Source of the DNA: Trueperaceae bacterium
GTDB taxonomy: Bacteria > Deinococcota > Deinococci > Deinococcales > Trueperaceae
Length of the DNA stretch: 64,000 nt
Reading direction: 5' to 3'
NCBI GenBank assembly: GCA_040905465.1
Contig: JBBDRK010000043.1
Span: forward strand, 32,001 to 96,000
Positions 39,410 through 49,397 of the stretch are shown here, one piece after another. Numbering within the stretch: the stretch's first letter is position 1; each line of letters starts with the position of its first letter. Position numbers and translations under genes: made by a program. The notes under the pieces were generated by a model. It made no database searches and was not told the DNA's origin. It worked only from the letters and a program-made list of their open reading frames with translations.

Positions 39410-40312
39410 GTGAAGCCCACGGCCGTATCGACGGCCGCTCACGCCGGGGGAAGTGCCGGTCAACCGCAACGGGGCTCGTTCCGTGAGCGGATGCGTCGGG
39501 CCCGCCGCTTCCTTGCCACGAATCCTCTCATCCTCATCGGCCTGATCATGACGGTGTTCATGCTCGCCGTCGCGATCGTGGGGCCCGAGGTGGCCCCCTA
39601 CGATCCCACCCGCATAAACAACCTCAATCGGCTCAAGGCTCCGAACGCCGAGCATTGGCTGGGGACCGACGAGTTCGGCCGTGACGTGCTCTCGCGCCTG
39701 CTCTACGGTGCCCGCGTGTCGGCGTTGATCGGATTCACCACCCTGGTCCTCACCACCGTGTTCGGCACGGTCGTCGGGCTGGTCTCGGGCTACTTCCGCC
39801 CGCTCGACGCGATCCTGATGCGAGTCATGGACGGGCTGATGACCTTTCCCTCGCTGATCCTGGCTATCGCCCTGATCGCGGTCCTCGGCATCAATGCGTT
39901 CAACGTGGTGATCGCCCTGACAATCGTCTACACCCCGCAGACCGCTCGTGTCGTCAGGTCCTCGGTGCTGAGCGTGAAGGCTACCGACTTCATCGAGGCG
40001 ACTCGGGCCTTGGGCAATCGCCACGTGAGAATCATGTTCCGCCATGTCCTGCCGAATTGCGTTTCCCCCCTGATCGTACAGAGCACGTTCATAATGGGCT
40101 ACGCCATCCTGGCAGAGGCCGCTTTGAGCTTCATAGGCGCCGGCGTGCCGCCGCCGGCGCCCAGTTGGGGCAATATGCTCGCCGACAGCCGGGTCTATAT
40201 GTACCAGGCCCCGTGGATGACCTATTTCCCCGGCATCGGCATATCGATCTTCGTGCTCGGTTTGATCCTGCTCGGTGACGGCGTTCGCGACTACCTCGAT
40301 CCCCGCAATTGA
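39410..40312 (+). CDS. Dpp/Opp ABC permease (C-type)
   Basis: HWLGTDEFGRD, DFIEATRALG, PSWGNML. Confidence 0.92.
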   Translation: MKPTAVSTAAHAGGSAGQPQRGSFRERMRRARRFLATNPLILIGLIMTVFMLAVAIVGPEVAPYDPTRINNLNRLKAPNAEHWLGTDEFGRDVLSRLLYGARVSALIGFTTLVLTTVFGTVVGLVSGYFRPLDAILMRVMDGLMTFPSLILAIALIAVLGINAFNVVIALTIVYTPQTARVVRSSVLSVKATDFIEATRALGNRHVRIMFRHVLPNCVSPLIVQSTFIMGYAILAEAALSFIGAGVPPPAPSWGNMLADSRVYMYQAPWMTYFPGIGISIFVLGLILLGDGVRDYLDPRN

Positions 40313-40471
40313 AGGTTTACCCGGTTCGCCGCCGAGCACCCGGACGGTACCCGGCATTCTCGGAGTGGACGCAGTTCGCGCGAATAAGTCGCAAGTCGGG
40401 GAGCAGGCCGCCGATTGCCTGCTCCAGCCGGCCTGCGAGTCGCGGCGACGCGAGATGGAAAGGGGAAACGG

Positions 40472-42034
40472 ATGCCTGAGAGCGCTTACCTCCTCGGCAT
40501 AGACGTCGGAACGTACAGTGCCAAGGGGGTGCTCGTCACGCTCGAAGGACGCGTTATCGCCAGCCACACGGTCGAGTACGAACTAGGTATCCCGCGACCG
40601 GGTTGGGCGGAGCACGATGCCGAATCGGATTGGTGGGCCTCCCTCGCTCGAGTGACCAACAGCCTGGTCGCCGACAGCAAAGTGGATCCGGCAGAGATTG
40701 CAGCCATCGGCTGCAGCGCGATCGGACCTACCATGCTGCCCGTCGACGGAAACGGGACGCCCCTTCGCACGGCCATTCTCTACGGTATCGACACCCGTAG
40801 CTGGCGGGAGGCAGAGGAGCTCGGCGAAGAGTACGGGCTCGACGTTCTGCTCGAAAGCACCGGGAAACCGGTGACGACCCAGTCCAACGGGCCGAAAATC
40901 CTCTGGTTCCGCCGCAATCAACCGGAACTGTTCGATCGTACTCACAAGATTCTTACGGCAAACGGATACCTGGCCTTCAAACTGACGGGCGAGTATACTC
41001 TCGACCGCTACTCTGCTTCGGCTTTCGATCCCATGTACGACGTCCCCTCGCGCAATTGGAACAAAGAGCGAGTGGAACGAATATGTCCTGTCGAAATGCT
41101 CCCCAGCCTGGTGAGTCCGACGGAGGTTGTCGGGAAGATTACCCGGACCGCCGCACGCGAGACCGGTCTTGCTGCCGGCACCCCGGTGATCGCTGGAACC
41201 ATCGATGCAGTGGCAGAGGCTTTCAGTGTGGGAGTCACCAATCCGGGTGAAACGATGCTGATGTACGGAACGACTCTCTTCATCATCAACGTGAATGCCG
41301 AATGGCGCCGCCATGGGAAGCTCTGGTCCGGACCGTATCTGTTCGACGGTCACTACACTTTGGCCGGTGGGCTTGCCACGAGTGCGGCGCTAACCCGCTG
41401 GTATCGCGATCAGTTCGCTGCCCTCGAACTGCAGGAGGAGCGCGCCGGCGGCGAAAACGCATACCAGATGCTGGCCGCACAGGCGGAGTCGGTGGCCCCG
41501 GGGAGCAACGGGCTAATCGTCCTTCCTTACTTCAGCGGCGAGCGGACTCCAATATTCGACCCGAAGGCGCGTGGGGTAATCGCCGGGCTCACGCTGTCGC
41601 ATACTCGGGCAGACGTATACCGGGCGTTGCTGGAGGGGGTCGCCTACGCTCTTCGGCACAATCTGGAGGCGATGCGGTCCGTGGGAGCGGACCTCACCAG
41701 GCTGGTAGCCGTCGGCGGTGGCACGAAGAATCGAACGTGGCTCCAGATAATCAGCGACTGCATCGGACAGCCTCAGCACCTGCCCAAAAACACGGTCGGC
41801 GCCTCTTACGGGGACGCATACCTCGCCGGTTACGGCGTCGGGCTGTTCGACGACCTGCTCACGCTACGCGAGCAGTGGATCGAGTGGGACGGCACTATTG
41901 AGCCGAACCGAGAGCGTCAGGCTGTTTATGACGACTATTATCCAATCTATCGTCGAACGTACGAAAGTCTCGTCGGTGAGCTGCACGAGCTTGCCGACCT
42001 TCAGGCGGCCCACGCCGGGAGGGAAGGCGAGTAG
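40472..42034 (+). CDS. FGGY carbohydrate kinase (close paralogue of 34620-36185)
   Basis: GIDVGTYSAKG, ILYGIDTR, LPYFSGERTP, GGGTKN. Confidence 0.92.
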   Translation: MPESAYLLGIDVGTYSAKGVLVTLEGRVIASHTVEYELGIPRPGWAEHDAESDWWASLARVTNSLVADSKVDPAEIAAIGCSAIGPTMLPVDGNGTPLRTAILYGIDTRSWREAEELGEEYGLDVLLESTGKPVTTQSNGPKILWFRRNQPELFDRTHKILTANGYLAFKLTGEYTLDRYSASAFDPMYDVPSRNWNKERVERICPVEMLPSLVSPTEVVGKITRTAARETGLAAGTPVIAGTIDAVAEAFSVGVTNPGETMLMYGTTLFIINVNAEWRRHGKLWSGPYLFDGHYTLAGGLATSAALTRWYRDQFAALELQEERAGGENAYQMLAAQAESVAPGSNGLIVLPYFSGERTPIFDPKARGVIAGLTLSHTRADVYRALLEGVAYALRHNLEAMRSVGADLTRLVAVGGGTKNRTWLQIISDCIGQPQHLPKNTVGASYGDAYLAGYGVGLFDDLLTLREQWIEWDGTIEPNRERQAVYDDYYPIYRRTYESLVGELHELADLQAAHAGREGE

Positions 42035-42061
42035 TGCGGTTGACCGCGAATTCCGGACAAC

Positions 42062-43330
42062 ATGAGTGATGCTCGGCATCGTTCGCGTGTCGTAGCCGGC
42101 TCACCATTTTTCTACGGTTGGATGATCCTCGCCACTGCGACCGCCAGCATGTTCATGACGCTGCCCGGCCAGACCGCCGGAATAGCGGTGTTCCTGGAAC
42201 AGATCATCGCCGACTTGACGCTGCAGCGCACCACGGTATCTCTGCTCTACCTGATCGGAACGCTCATTGCGGCCTTTACGCTGACCTTGGTGGGATGGGC
42301 GATCGACCGGTACGGTCCGCGCAGAGCCGCCAGCGGAATCGTGATCCTGTTCATTTGCGGTTGCCTGGTCATGAGCTCGGCAACGGGGCCGTTGTCGCTC
42401 CTGCTGGGGCTCATCCTGGTCCGCGCATTCGGCCAGGGGGCCCTGCCGCTGGTGAGCATGCATAGCGTGAACCTCTGGTTCATTCGGAACCGCGGAATGG
42501 CGGTCGGGATTGCAGGACTGGGAATCGCCCTCGGCACTGCGGCTTTCCCTCCGCTGATCGAGCTGATGATGGGGAACTACGGCTGGCGAACGACCTACGC
42601 CATGCTCGGCGGTCTAATTGCATTGGTCGTGCTCCCGCTGGTGGTGACATTCTTCCGAGACCATCCAGAAAGCTACGGCCTGCTACCCGACGGGGACACG
42701 GTCACGTCCAGACGGGAAAATGAGCACCGAGCCGACGACACAGGTAGCGAGCCGGCTCTTACGCTGCCGCAGGCACAACGAACCGCAACGTACTGGCTGT
42801 TCGTTCTGGGCGGGGTGGCGGTGTCCTGTTTCGGCACTGCACTCGTATTCCATCACTACGCGATCATGACGGCGAACGGGGTAGATAGAACAGTCGCGGC
42901 CCTGATGTTCGTTCCCTTCGGGATCGCCATGGCGACGTCCAACCTGCTTACGGGCCTCGCCATGGATCGTCTGGCGCCACGTTACCTGTTGAGCTTCAAT
43001 CTCGCACTTCTGGTGACCGCCCTGGCTTGCGCCAGCAGGGTAGACAGCCCGGCTTTGGTAATAGCCTACGGAGTAGGAATCGGTGCCCTACAGGGAATGC
43101 ACGGAGCCTTGCAGGCGGGCGTGTACGCCCACTACTTTGGCAGGCGCCATCTCGGTGTCGTCAGGGGATTCGCGAGTACGCTGTCGGTCGGCGGCTCGGC
43201 CGCCGGGCCGTTTCTCTTCGCCCTCGGCTTCGATCTGTTCGACGACCAAGTCACTACCTTGGTGGTGGCCACCGCGGTGCCGCTGGTGATCGCAGTTACG
43301 GCCCCATTCCTGAAACCGGTGCGAGCGTGA
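42062..43330 (+). CDS. MFS transporter
   Basis: About 12 hydrophobic segments, FFYGW, GWAIDRYGPRR, WFIRNRG. Confidence 0.9.
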   Translation: MSDARHRSRVVAGSPFFYGWMILATATASMFMTLPGQTAGIAVFLEQIIADLTLQRTTVSLLYLIGTLIAAFTLTLVGWAIDRYGPRRAASGIVILFICGCLVMSSATGPLSLLLGLILVRAFGQGALPLVSMHSVNLWFIRNRGMAVGIAGLGIALGTAAFPPLIELMMGNYGWRTTYAMLGGLIALVVLPLVVTFFRDHPESYGLLPDGDTVTSRRENEHRADDTGSEPALTLPQAQRTATYWLFVLGGVAVSCFGTALVFHHYAIMTANGVDRTVAALMFVPFGIAMATSNLLTGLAMDRLAPRYLLSFNLALLVTALACASRVDSPALVIAYGVGIGALQGMHGALQAGVYAHYFGRRHLGVVRGFASTLSVGGSAAGPFLFALGFDLFDDQVTTLVVATAVPLVIAVTAPFLKPVRA

Positions 43331-43420
43331 GCGAACGCAGAGCTGCACTCGAGGAAGTTACGCCGGCCGGGAGCAGACGGCTTCCGAAAACGAAGGTCGA
43401 ACTGGTTGAGAGGGAGGCAT

Positions 43421-44305
43421 ATGAGCACAGAAGGTAGATCGTTGCGCCTCGCCATAGTCGCCGACATTCATCACGGTCCGGATGCCCCCCCGAAGCTGGG
43501 GAGCAGGGCACTTGGCCTGTTGAATGAGGTGATCGACGAAATAAACGAGAGAGCTCCTGACCTGGTGGTGGATCTTGGAGATCGCATCAACGATGTGGGC
43601 AAGGAGGATGACGAGCGGCTGTTGGCCGAGGTGGCGGATGCCTTCTCTCGTCTGCGGGTGCCGGTTCGCCACCTCTTGGGTAATCACGACGTCGCACGGC
43701 TCTCCATAGATACCACCGAATCCCTGCTGGGTGCGACGCTCGACCACCAGAGCCTGGAGCTGAACGACTGGCACCTGGTCTTTTGGCAGGTCAACAGTGC
43801 GTTTCGCGGTGGCGACGGGCTTCAGATAGACGAGAGCGACTTTCTCTGGCTACAAGAGGAGCTCGCCGTAACCGATCGACCCACTGTGGTATTCACGCAT
43901 GCGCCCCTGGACAACGGGCCGATGGTGGGGAACTACTACTTCGAACCCATGCCTCCTCAATTCTCGGGTTACGCCAACGCAGAGCGCGCTCGCCGGTTGA
44001 TGGAGAGGAGCACGACGAGCGTTGCCGTCGCCGGCCACGTACATTGGAACTCAGCCAGGACGATTCACGGCATCCACTACCTGACCGTCCAGTCGCTGTC
44101 CGAGTGCTTCACCACCTATCCAGAGCCGGCCCGGGCTTGGGCCGAGCTGACGTTGGGCGAGCGGGTCTCGCTCGACGTTCACGGCACGGATGAGATGCGG
44201 GTGCAGTTGACGCCGCGGCGGGGCAGTAGCCAGTGGCTCACCAGAAACACGAGACCTAGCGAGTGGGTAACCGTCGGAACCAGCCGCCGGAGGGGCAACG
44301 GATAG
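43421..44305 (+). CDS. Metallophosphoesterase (calcineurin-like)
   Basis: ADIH, LGD, GNHD, FTH, GHVH; GGAGG RBS. Confidence 0.9.
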   Translation: MSTEGRSLRLAIVADIHHGPDAPPKLGSRALGLLNEVIDEINERAPDLVVDLGDRINDVGKEDDERLLAEVADAFSRLRVPVRHLLGNHDVARLSIDTTESLLGATLDHQSLELNDWHLVFWQVNSAFRGGDGLQIDESDFLWLQEELAVTDRPTVVFTHAPLDNGPMVGNYYFEPMPPQFSGYANAERARRLMERSTTSVAVAGHVHWNSARTIHGIHYLTVQSLSECFTTYPEPARAWAELTLGERVSLDVHGTDEMRVQLTPRRGSSQWLTRNTRPSEWVTVGTSRRRGNG

Positions 44306-44380
44306 CACGCGCGGGTCCGTGACGGTTGCTGGCGTCAAGCTTCGGGCGTTCAGGCCCCGAGGGCGTCTACCGGTTCCGCG

Positions 44381-45772
44381 TCAGTTTTGAGCATTTCGGT
44401 CGAGTTCGGCCAGGGCAGCGATGATTTCGAGGGTGGAATGGACCCCCAACTCGAAATGATCCAGCCGGAGATTCTCATTCGGACCGTGATTGTTCTGATC
44501 GTGGTGGCCGTAGCTCAGGACGATTGGCTTGGCCTCGAGTGCAGTTAGGAACCCCGCGGCGGGCAGGCTTCCGCCCAGTGACGGATAGACCAGAGGCTCG
44601 CTTTGCCAGGCCCTTGCCAATGAAGCGAGTACGGCGGTAGTTGCGTGATCGCTCGGCTCTATCCGATACGGAGTCATTCGGGCCAGATAGTTCACGGTGG
44701 CTTCCGGCTCGAGCCGCCGAATCTCGCTTGCCAGGAGTTCAGCTATTTCGGTGGGATCCTGATCGGGCACCAGCCTGGCATCGAGTTTCAGGACAGCCTT
44801 GGACGGGATGACCGACTTCATCCCCGTTCTGGTATAGCCCGAAGCGATTCCACTCACGTTCAGATTCGGCTCGAACATGATCCGCCGCCAGTATTCCAGG
44901 TTATCGGAGATGGACGGTTCGAGCGCCCGAACCCCGATGGTTCGCCTGAATCCGGCTGCGGAGAATGGGATGGCGCGGGCCAACTCGACTTCGGATCGTG
45001 ACGGCGCCCGCACTCTGTCGTAAAAACCCGGGGCGTTTACGGTTCGGTCGGTTCCGATGAGGTTGGAGATGAGGCGAGAGAGCGCAACGGCGGGATTCGG
45101 CGTTACTCCGCCGTAGGTGCCGGAATGCTGGTCGGTCTCGGCGTTACGTAGAGAGACTTCGAGGTATACCAGGCCACGGGCGCCGAAGACGGCAACGGGC
45201 CTGCCGCTCGGATGACCCGGGCCGTCGGCGATCAGAACGAGGTCCGCGGCGAGCCGCTCCCGCTGGGACTGGAGAAAGCTGTCGATGTTCGGTGAGCCTG
45301 TCTCTTCTTCACCCTCGAGCAGGACAGTTACATTCACCGGAATGTGAGCATCGGCGGCAAGGAGGGACGCGATCGCTGCGATATGGGCGTAGAATTGCCC
45401 CTTGTTGTCGCTGGCCCCCCTTGCATAGATCCTCCCGTCGCGAACGGTGGGGGCGAACGGGTCCGACTGCCACTCCGGCTCGTCAGCCGGCTGGACGTCG
45501 TAGTGACCGTACAGCAGCAGGGTGAACCGGTTCCCAGGACGCTCGTACTCTCCGATGACCATCGGAGCGCCGTCGGTAGCGATGGTCGATGCACGGAGGC
45601 CGGCTTTCTCGAGCAGGGTCCGCACCAGTTCGGCGCACTCGGGTATTCCCTCCCCGGTCGTGCTCACGCTCCTCTGAGCCAACAGGGCGAAGAGTTGCTC
45701 CAGGAAGGATTCGCGATTGCTGGAGAAGTACTCCGATGCTGCTGCCGTTTGGCTTCGGCTACTGTCTGTCAT
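44381..45772 (-). CDS. M20 family dipeptidase/deacylase
   Basis: YGHYDVQP, RGASDNKG, EGEEETGS, HSG, HGPNE. Confidence 0.9.
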   Translation of the reverse strand: MTDSSRSQTAAASEYFSSNRESFLEQLFALLAQRSVSTTGEGIPECAELVRTLLEKAGLRASTIATDGAPMVIGEYERPGNRFTLLLYGHYDVQPADEPEWQSDPFAPTVRDGRIYARGASDNKGQFYAHIAAIASLLAADAHIPVNVTVLLEGEEETGSPNIDSFLQSQRERLAADLVLIADGPGHPSGRPVAVFGARGLVYLEVSLRNAETDQHSGTYGGVTPNPAVALSRLISNLIGTDRTVNAPGFYDRVRAPSRSEVELARAIPFSAAGFRRTIGVRALEPSISDNLEYWRRIMFEPNLNVSGIASGYTRTGMKSVIPSKAVLKLDARLVPDQDPTEIAELLASEIRRLEPEATVNYLARMTPYRIEPSDHATTAVLASLARAWQSEPLVYPSLGGSLPAAGFLTALEAKPIVLSYGHHDQNNHGPNENLRLDHFELGVHSTLEIIAALAELDRNAQN

Positions 45773-45966
45773 GATTCGATCGCTCTCTCGATCATCGGGC
45801 GCAGGACCGTACACGCGTCCGTACCGGGTGTCCTGATGCGATAGTGACGGAGTTCGACTGTCGGCTTCGGCGAATCGTTTCCGGCCGCTCTACTCGCGAA
45901 CGGAATCCCCCTTTCAAAGATGGTCATAGCGTAGGCGTGGGCGGCTCTCCTGTCCCGATCTCGAGA

Positions 45967-46629
45967 TCACCTGAGCAATTCTGTGACCTCGTCGGCCACC
46001 GTCCTGGCCAGTACCGCGTGAGCTCCCGCATCGAGGTGAACGCCGTCGTGTTCGCTCGCCTTGACGTGCTGTGCAACGTCCAGGAAGTCGCACCCGTGCT
46101 CCAGGGCGACTTCTCGAAGGCTTGCTCCCAACTGGCGGGACTTCTTCTCGGCACCGTCGAAGAACTCCGCGAACTCGCTGAGCCTACCTATCAGCGGGGG
46201 AGAGAGTAACAGTACGCCAGGACTATCCTGCGCGGGACCGCTCGCACTGGAGAGGATGACTCCGATAAGCCGGGAGACCCCGAGTGCGATCTCCTTCGGT
46301 GAAAGTGAGAAGCGCGCCTTCAGGTCGTTGGTGCCTAACATCAGCAGCACCAAGTGAAGGGGAGCGTGCGAATCGAGGCACGGCAGCAGGTAGTCGATCC
46401 CTTTGCGCCCCGGTTGCAGGGGATCTTCGAATACTGTCGTCCTGCTGTTGAGCCCCTCCTCCACTACATGGACCTTGCTGCCTAGCAACTCCTGCAGGAC
46501 ACCGGTCCACCGAATCCGTCGCGGGAAGCGTTCCTTGGTATTCGGATCGAAGCCCCAAGTGTTGGAGTCGCCATAGCACAAGACGGTGCGTTCGAACTCG
46601 ACGCTCTCGCTCCCTCCTGCTGCTGTCAC
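45967..46629 (-). CDS. SGNH/GDSL hydrolase (arylesterase-like)
   Basis: GDSNTWG, EGLNSRTT, LGTND, DGVH. Confidence 0.92.
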   Translation of the reverse strand: MTAAGGSESVEFERTVLCYGDSNTWGFDPNTKERFPRRIRWTGVLQELLGSKVHVVEEGLNSRTTVFEDPLQPGRKGIDYLLPCLDSHAPLHLVLLMLGTNDLKARFSLSPKEIALGVSRLIGVILSSASGPAQDSPGVLLLSPPLIGRLSEFAEFFDGAEKKSRQLGASLREVALEHGCDFLDVAQHVKASEHDGVHLDAGAHAVLARTVADEVTELLR

Positions 46630-46644
46630 TTCACCCGATCCGAA

Positions 46645-47748
46645 CTAACGGCTGAAGTCGAAATCGGCCGACACCTTTGGAATGAACTCGGAAAGCAGGT
46701 CGATGAGCCCTTGCACGTCACCGAGGTGGCACATCTCCGCCGGGGAGTGGGAGTAGCGCATCGAGAAGCTCAGGTCTATCGTAGGGGTGCCGCCGTTTTC
46801 CAGCTGAACGTACGAGCCTTCGGTAAGCCCGCCGAAGAAAGCGCTTCGTTGCAACACGAGTCCGTCCTCCTCGGCACTGCGGCTTATGGCGCGAACCAAT
46901 GCCGGGTGGGGGACGAGACCGTTGAGGGTGCCGCGGCCGTGAAAGGAGTAAAGGTTCATCGCCGGGCCCCCGCCCATCCTCACGTCGTTGCTGCCCGCAA
47001 GGTCAGGGGTATCGCCAGGCACGGTGCCGTCTACACAGAGTGCAATGGCCGGCCGGAGTGCATGGGCTACCGGCGCGGCGCCGCGCAGGTTGAACTCTTC
47101 CTGAACGGTGGCAACGATGTGAGTCGTGGCTTTGGGTCGGTTCTTGGCTAGCCGCCTCAGGGTCTCGAGGACCGCCAGGCAACCGCCACGGTTGTCGATG
47201 AAGGTCGCCGTCACCGTGTCGTTCGCGAGCCGCTGGAATTGACCGGTGTAGGTAATCGGGTCACCCGTCTGGATACCTGCTTGCTGAACTTCTGCCTTGC
47301 TCCGCGCACCTATGTCGATGAACAGTTCCTGGAGGGGAGTAACCTTGTACTTCTCTTCGGGCGGTGTGACGTGGTGGGCCTTTATCCCTATAATGCCTGG
47401 AATGTCCTTGCCTCGGCTGTTGGTGATGGTGATCTTGGTCGCCGGGAGTACTTTTTCCGGTATGCCCCCCAACCGATAAACTCTGATGAAGCCGTCGTCC
47501 TCGATCTTCCGGACGATGAATCCCAGCGAGTCCATGTGGGCGGAGACCATGATACTTGGCGCATCGGCGTCGCTACCGTTTACGGTAGCTATTACGTTGC
47601 CTAGCGTATCCGTGTAGACGTTGTCCGCATGGGGCCTCATCTTCTCGCTCATGAACGAAGCTACGCGCTGCTCGTGACCAGCGAGTCCGGGCAGCGTAGC
47701 CAGGGTCTGGAAATCGGTGAGTGCCTCGTCGCTTATGCTCTTGCTCAT
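46645..47748 (-). CDS. sgcX: M42 family metallohydrolase, SgcX-like (copy 2)
   Basis: AHMD, DNR, QEEFNLRG, FHGRGTLNGL, RYSHSP; adjacent to sgcQ. Confidence 0.85.
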   Translation of the reverse strand: MSKSISDEALTDFQTLATLPGLAGHEQRVASFMSEKMRPHADNVYTDTLGNVIATVNGSDADAPSIMVSAHMDSLGFIVRKIEDDGFIRVYRLGGIPEKVLPATKITITNSRGKDIPGIIGIKAHHVTPPEEKYKVTPLQELFIDIGARSKAEVQQAGIQTGDPITYTGQFQRLANDTVTATFIDNRGGCLAVLETLRRLAKNRPKATTHIVATVQEEFNLRGAAPVAHALRPAIALCVDGTVPGDTPDLAGSNDVRMGGGPAMNLYSFHGRGTLNGLVPHPALVRAISRSAEEDGLVLQRSAFFGGLTEGSYVQLENGGTPTIDLSFSMRYSHSPAEMCHLGDVQGLIDLLSEFIPKVSADFDFSR

Positions 47749-47778
47749 TCTATCGTCTCCAGTCCGGAAGCCACGGCC

Positions 47779-48588
47779 TCATCGGATGCTTTCGACTGCG
47801 TCCATGAATCTGCTGACCCTGTCGGGATCCACCGGATTCCAGGTGTTTCCATCCCGCTTGAAGCTCGTGCCCACGATGGCGGCATCGGCTACTTCCATGA
47901 TTGCGTTGACGTTTTCGACTCGAACGCCGGTATTGGCGATGACGGGTATCTCCGGAATCGCCTCCTTGACTTCGCGGATATCTGACAGGTCCACGGCTTG
48001 CCCGGTCATCGGACCTGAGACGCAGATGCCATCGGCGAGACTCGCAAAGACCGCGCTTTTCGCTTTAGCCGCATTCGAGCGCGTGCCGATAGGCGAGGCG
48101 AACTCGGCGTTGATGTTGTACAGGAGCAGGCAATCCGCGCCGAGGTTGGTGCGCAGGCGGACGGCGGTAGCGGCGTCGGGTTGCCACAGGCCCATGTCGG
48201 CGTCGTAGACGCCGGTAAAGACCTCCCGCACGAACCGCGCCCCGGTGGCGTGCGCCAAGGCGACTGATGCCACTGGGTCCCATAGGTAGTTGACGCCGAA
48301 GGGCACACGCACATGTTCCACCGCGCGGGTAACGATTGCGGTCATTGCCGCCAGGCTTTCGGGGGTCGAGCGGGTCAAGTACGGCCGGTCGCCTTCGTTG
48401 CCGAACATGATCGCATCGACACCGCCATTTTGCAGAGCATCGATGTCCTGCACGACCGAGTCGAGGATCCGACCGATACTGCCGCTCTTGTCGTAGAGGG
48501 CGCTTCCGGGCAGGGGAAGCAGATGGGCCATGGCAATGATCGGCTTTCTCTTCCCGAATAGCTTTACGAAATCGTTCAAGACGTTCAC
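47779..48588 (-). CDS. sgcQ: BtpA/SgcQ family TIM-barrel protein
   Basis: IAMAHL..LPG, LQNGGVDA, PFGVNYLWDP, REVFTG, CVSG, ANTGV. Confidence 0.9.
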   Translation of the reverse strand: MNVLNDFVKLFGKRKPIIAMAHLLPLPGSALYDKSGSIGRILDSVVQDIDALQNGGVDAIMFGNEGDRPYLTRSTPESLAAMTAIVTRAVEHVRVPFGVNYLWDPVASVALAHATGARFVREVFTGVYDADMGLWQPDAATAVRLRTNLGADCLLLYNINAEFASPIGTRSNAAKAKSAVFASLADGICVSGPMTGQAVDLSDIREVKEAIPEIPVIANTGVRVENVNAIMEVADAAIVGTSFKRDGNTWNPVDPDRVSRFMDAVESIR

Positions 48589-49358
48589 TCTCCGTTTGCG
48601 CGCGTAAGTTTGATGCCGGCGTCGGTGTAGATGCGTGCCACTTGAGGTTCGAGTCCGGCGTCCGTGATTATCTCGTCGAAGTCATCCAGGTCGCCTACCT
48701 TGGCCAGGCTCCTCTTGCCAAACTTCGTGTGGTCAGCGAGAAGCACTGCCCGTTGTCCACAATCCCTCATCAGCCGCTTGACCGGCACTTCTTCCAATGT
48801 CGCGTTCGTCAGCCCCGCCTCGAGGCTCACGGCGTCGGCACCGATGAAGCTGCTGTTCGCATTGAGATTTGCGAGCGACTCTTCTACGGCGTGTCCGATC
48901 ACCGAGTAGATAGAGGGTCGCACGCTCCCTCCCAGGATGATCACCCCGAAGCCGGGCGTGTCGCACAACTCCAGTGCGATCTTAAGATCACTGGTGATTA
49001 CGGTAATGTCGCGTTTTCCCTTTAGTTCGCGTGCCAATGCCAGGGTCGTGCTTCCGGAGTCGAGAACGATTACTTCCCCATCCGACACCGACCGGGCCGC
49101 AACTCGGGCGATTGCTCGCTTCTGTTCGAGTTGCCTCCCCGCTTTCTCCGAATGCAATGGTTCGAAGGCCGTACTGATATGGGGGAGAACGGCGCCGCCG
49201 TGCGTTCGCTTTATATGCCCCTGCGTCTCGAGCAGGTGCAGGTCACGGCGTATCGTGGCCGGGGAAACGTCGAGGAGCCTGGCAAGATAGGCGACATCAG
49301 CCCCGCCGTTTTCCGTAAGGAGTTCGAGCAGTCTCCGTTTCCTCTGCTCGGGCAACAT
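48585..49358 (-). CDS. DeoR/GlpR family regulator (copy 2)
   Basis: VSPATIRRDL, RTHGGA, LDSGST, ADHTKFG; stop overlaps sgcQ start (GTGA). Confidence 0.93.
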   Translation of the reverse strand: MLPEQRKRRLLELLTENGGADVAYLARLLDVSPATIRRDLHLLETQGHIKRTHGGAVLPHISTAFEPLHSEKAGRQLEQKRAIARVAARSVSDGEVIVLDSGSTTLALARELKGKRDITVITSDLKIALELCDTPGFGVIILGGSVRPSIYSVIGHAVEESLANLNANSSFIGADAVSLEAGLTNATLEEVPVKRLMRDCGQRAVLLADHTKFGKRSLAKVGDLDDFDEIITDAGLEPQVARIYTDAGIKLTRANGE

Positions 49359-49397
49359 AGTTACAAGACCTCAATTCGTGGATGTAATGTAAAAGTC

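Noticed and set aside
36488-40567. 702-aa and 616-aa minus-strand ORFs
   Set aside because: Antisense shadows of the ABC genes
47779-48588. BtpA as a photosystem I assembly factor
   Set aside because: Context is sugar catabolic and sgc-like, with no photosynthesis genes
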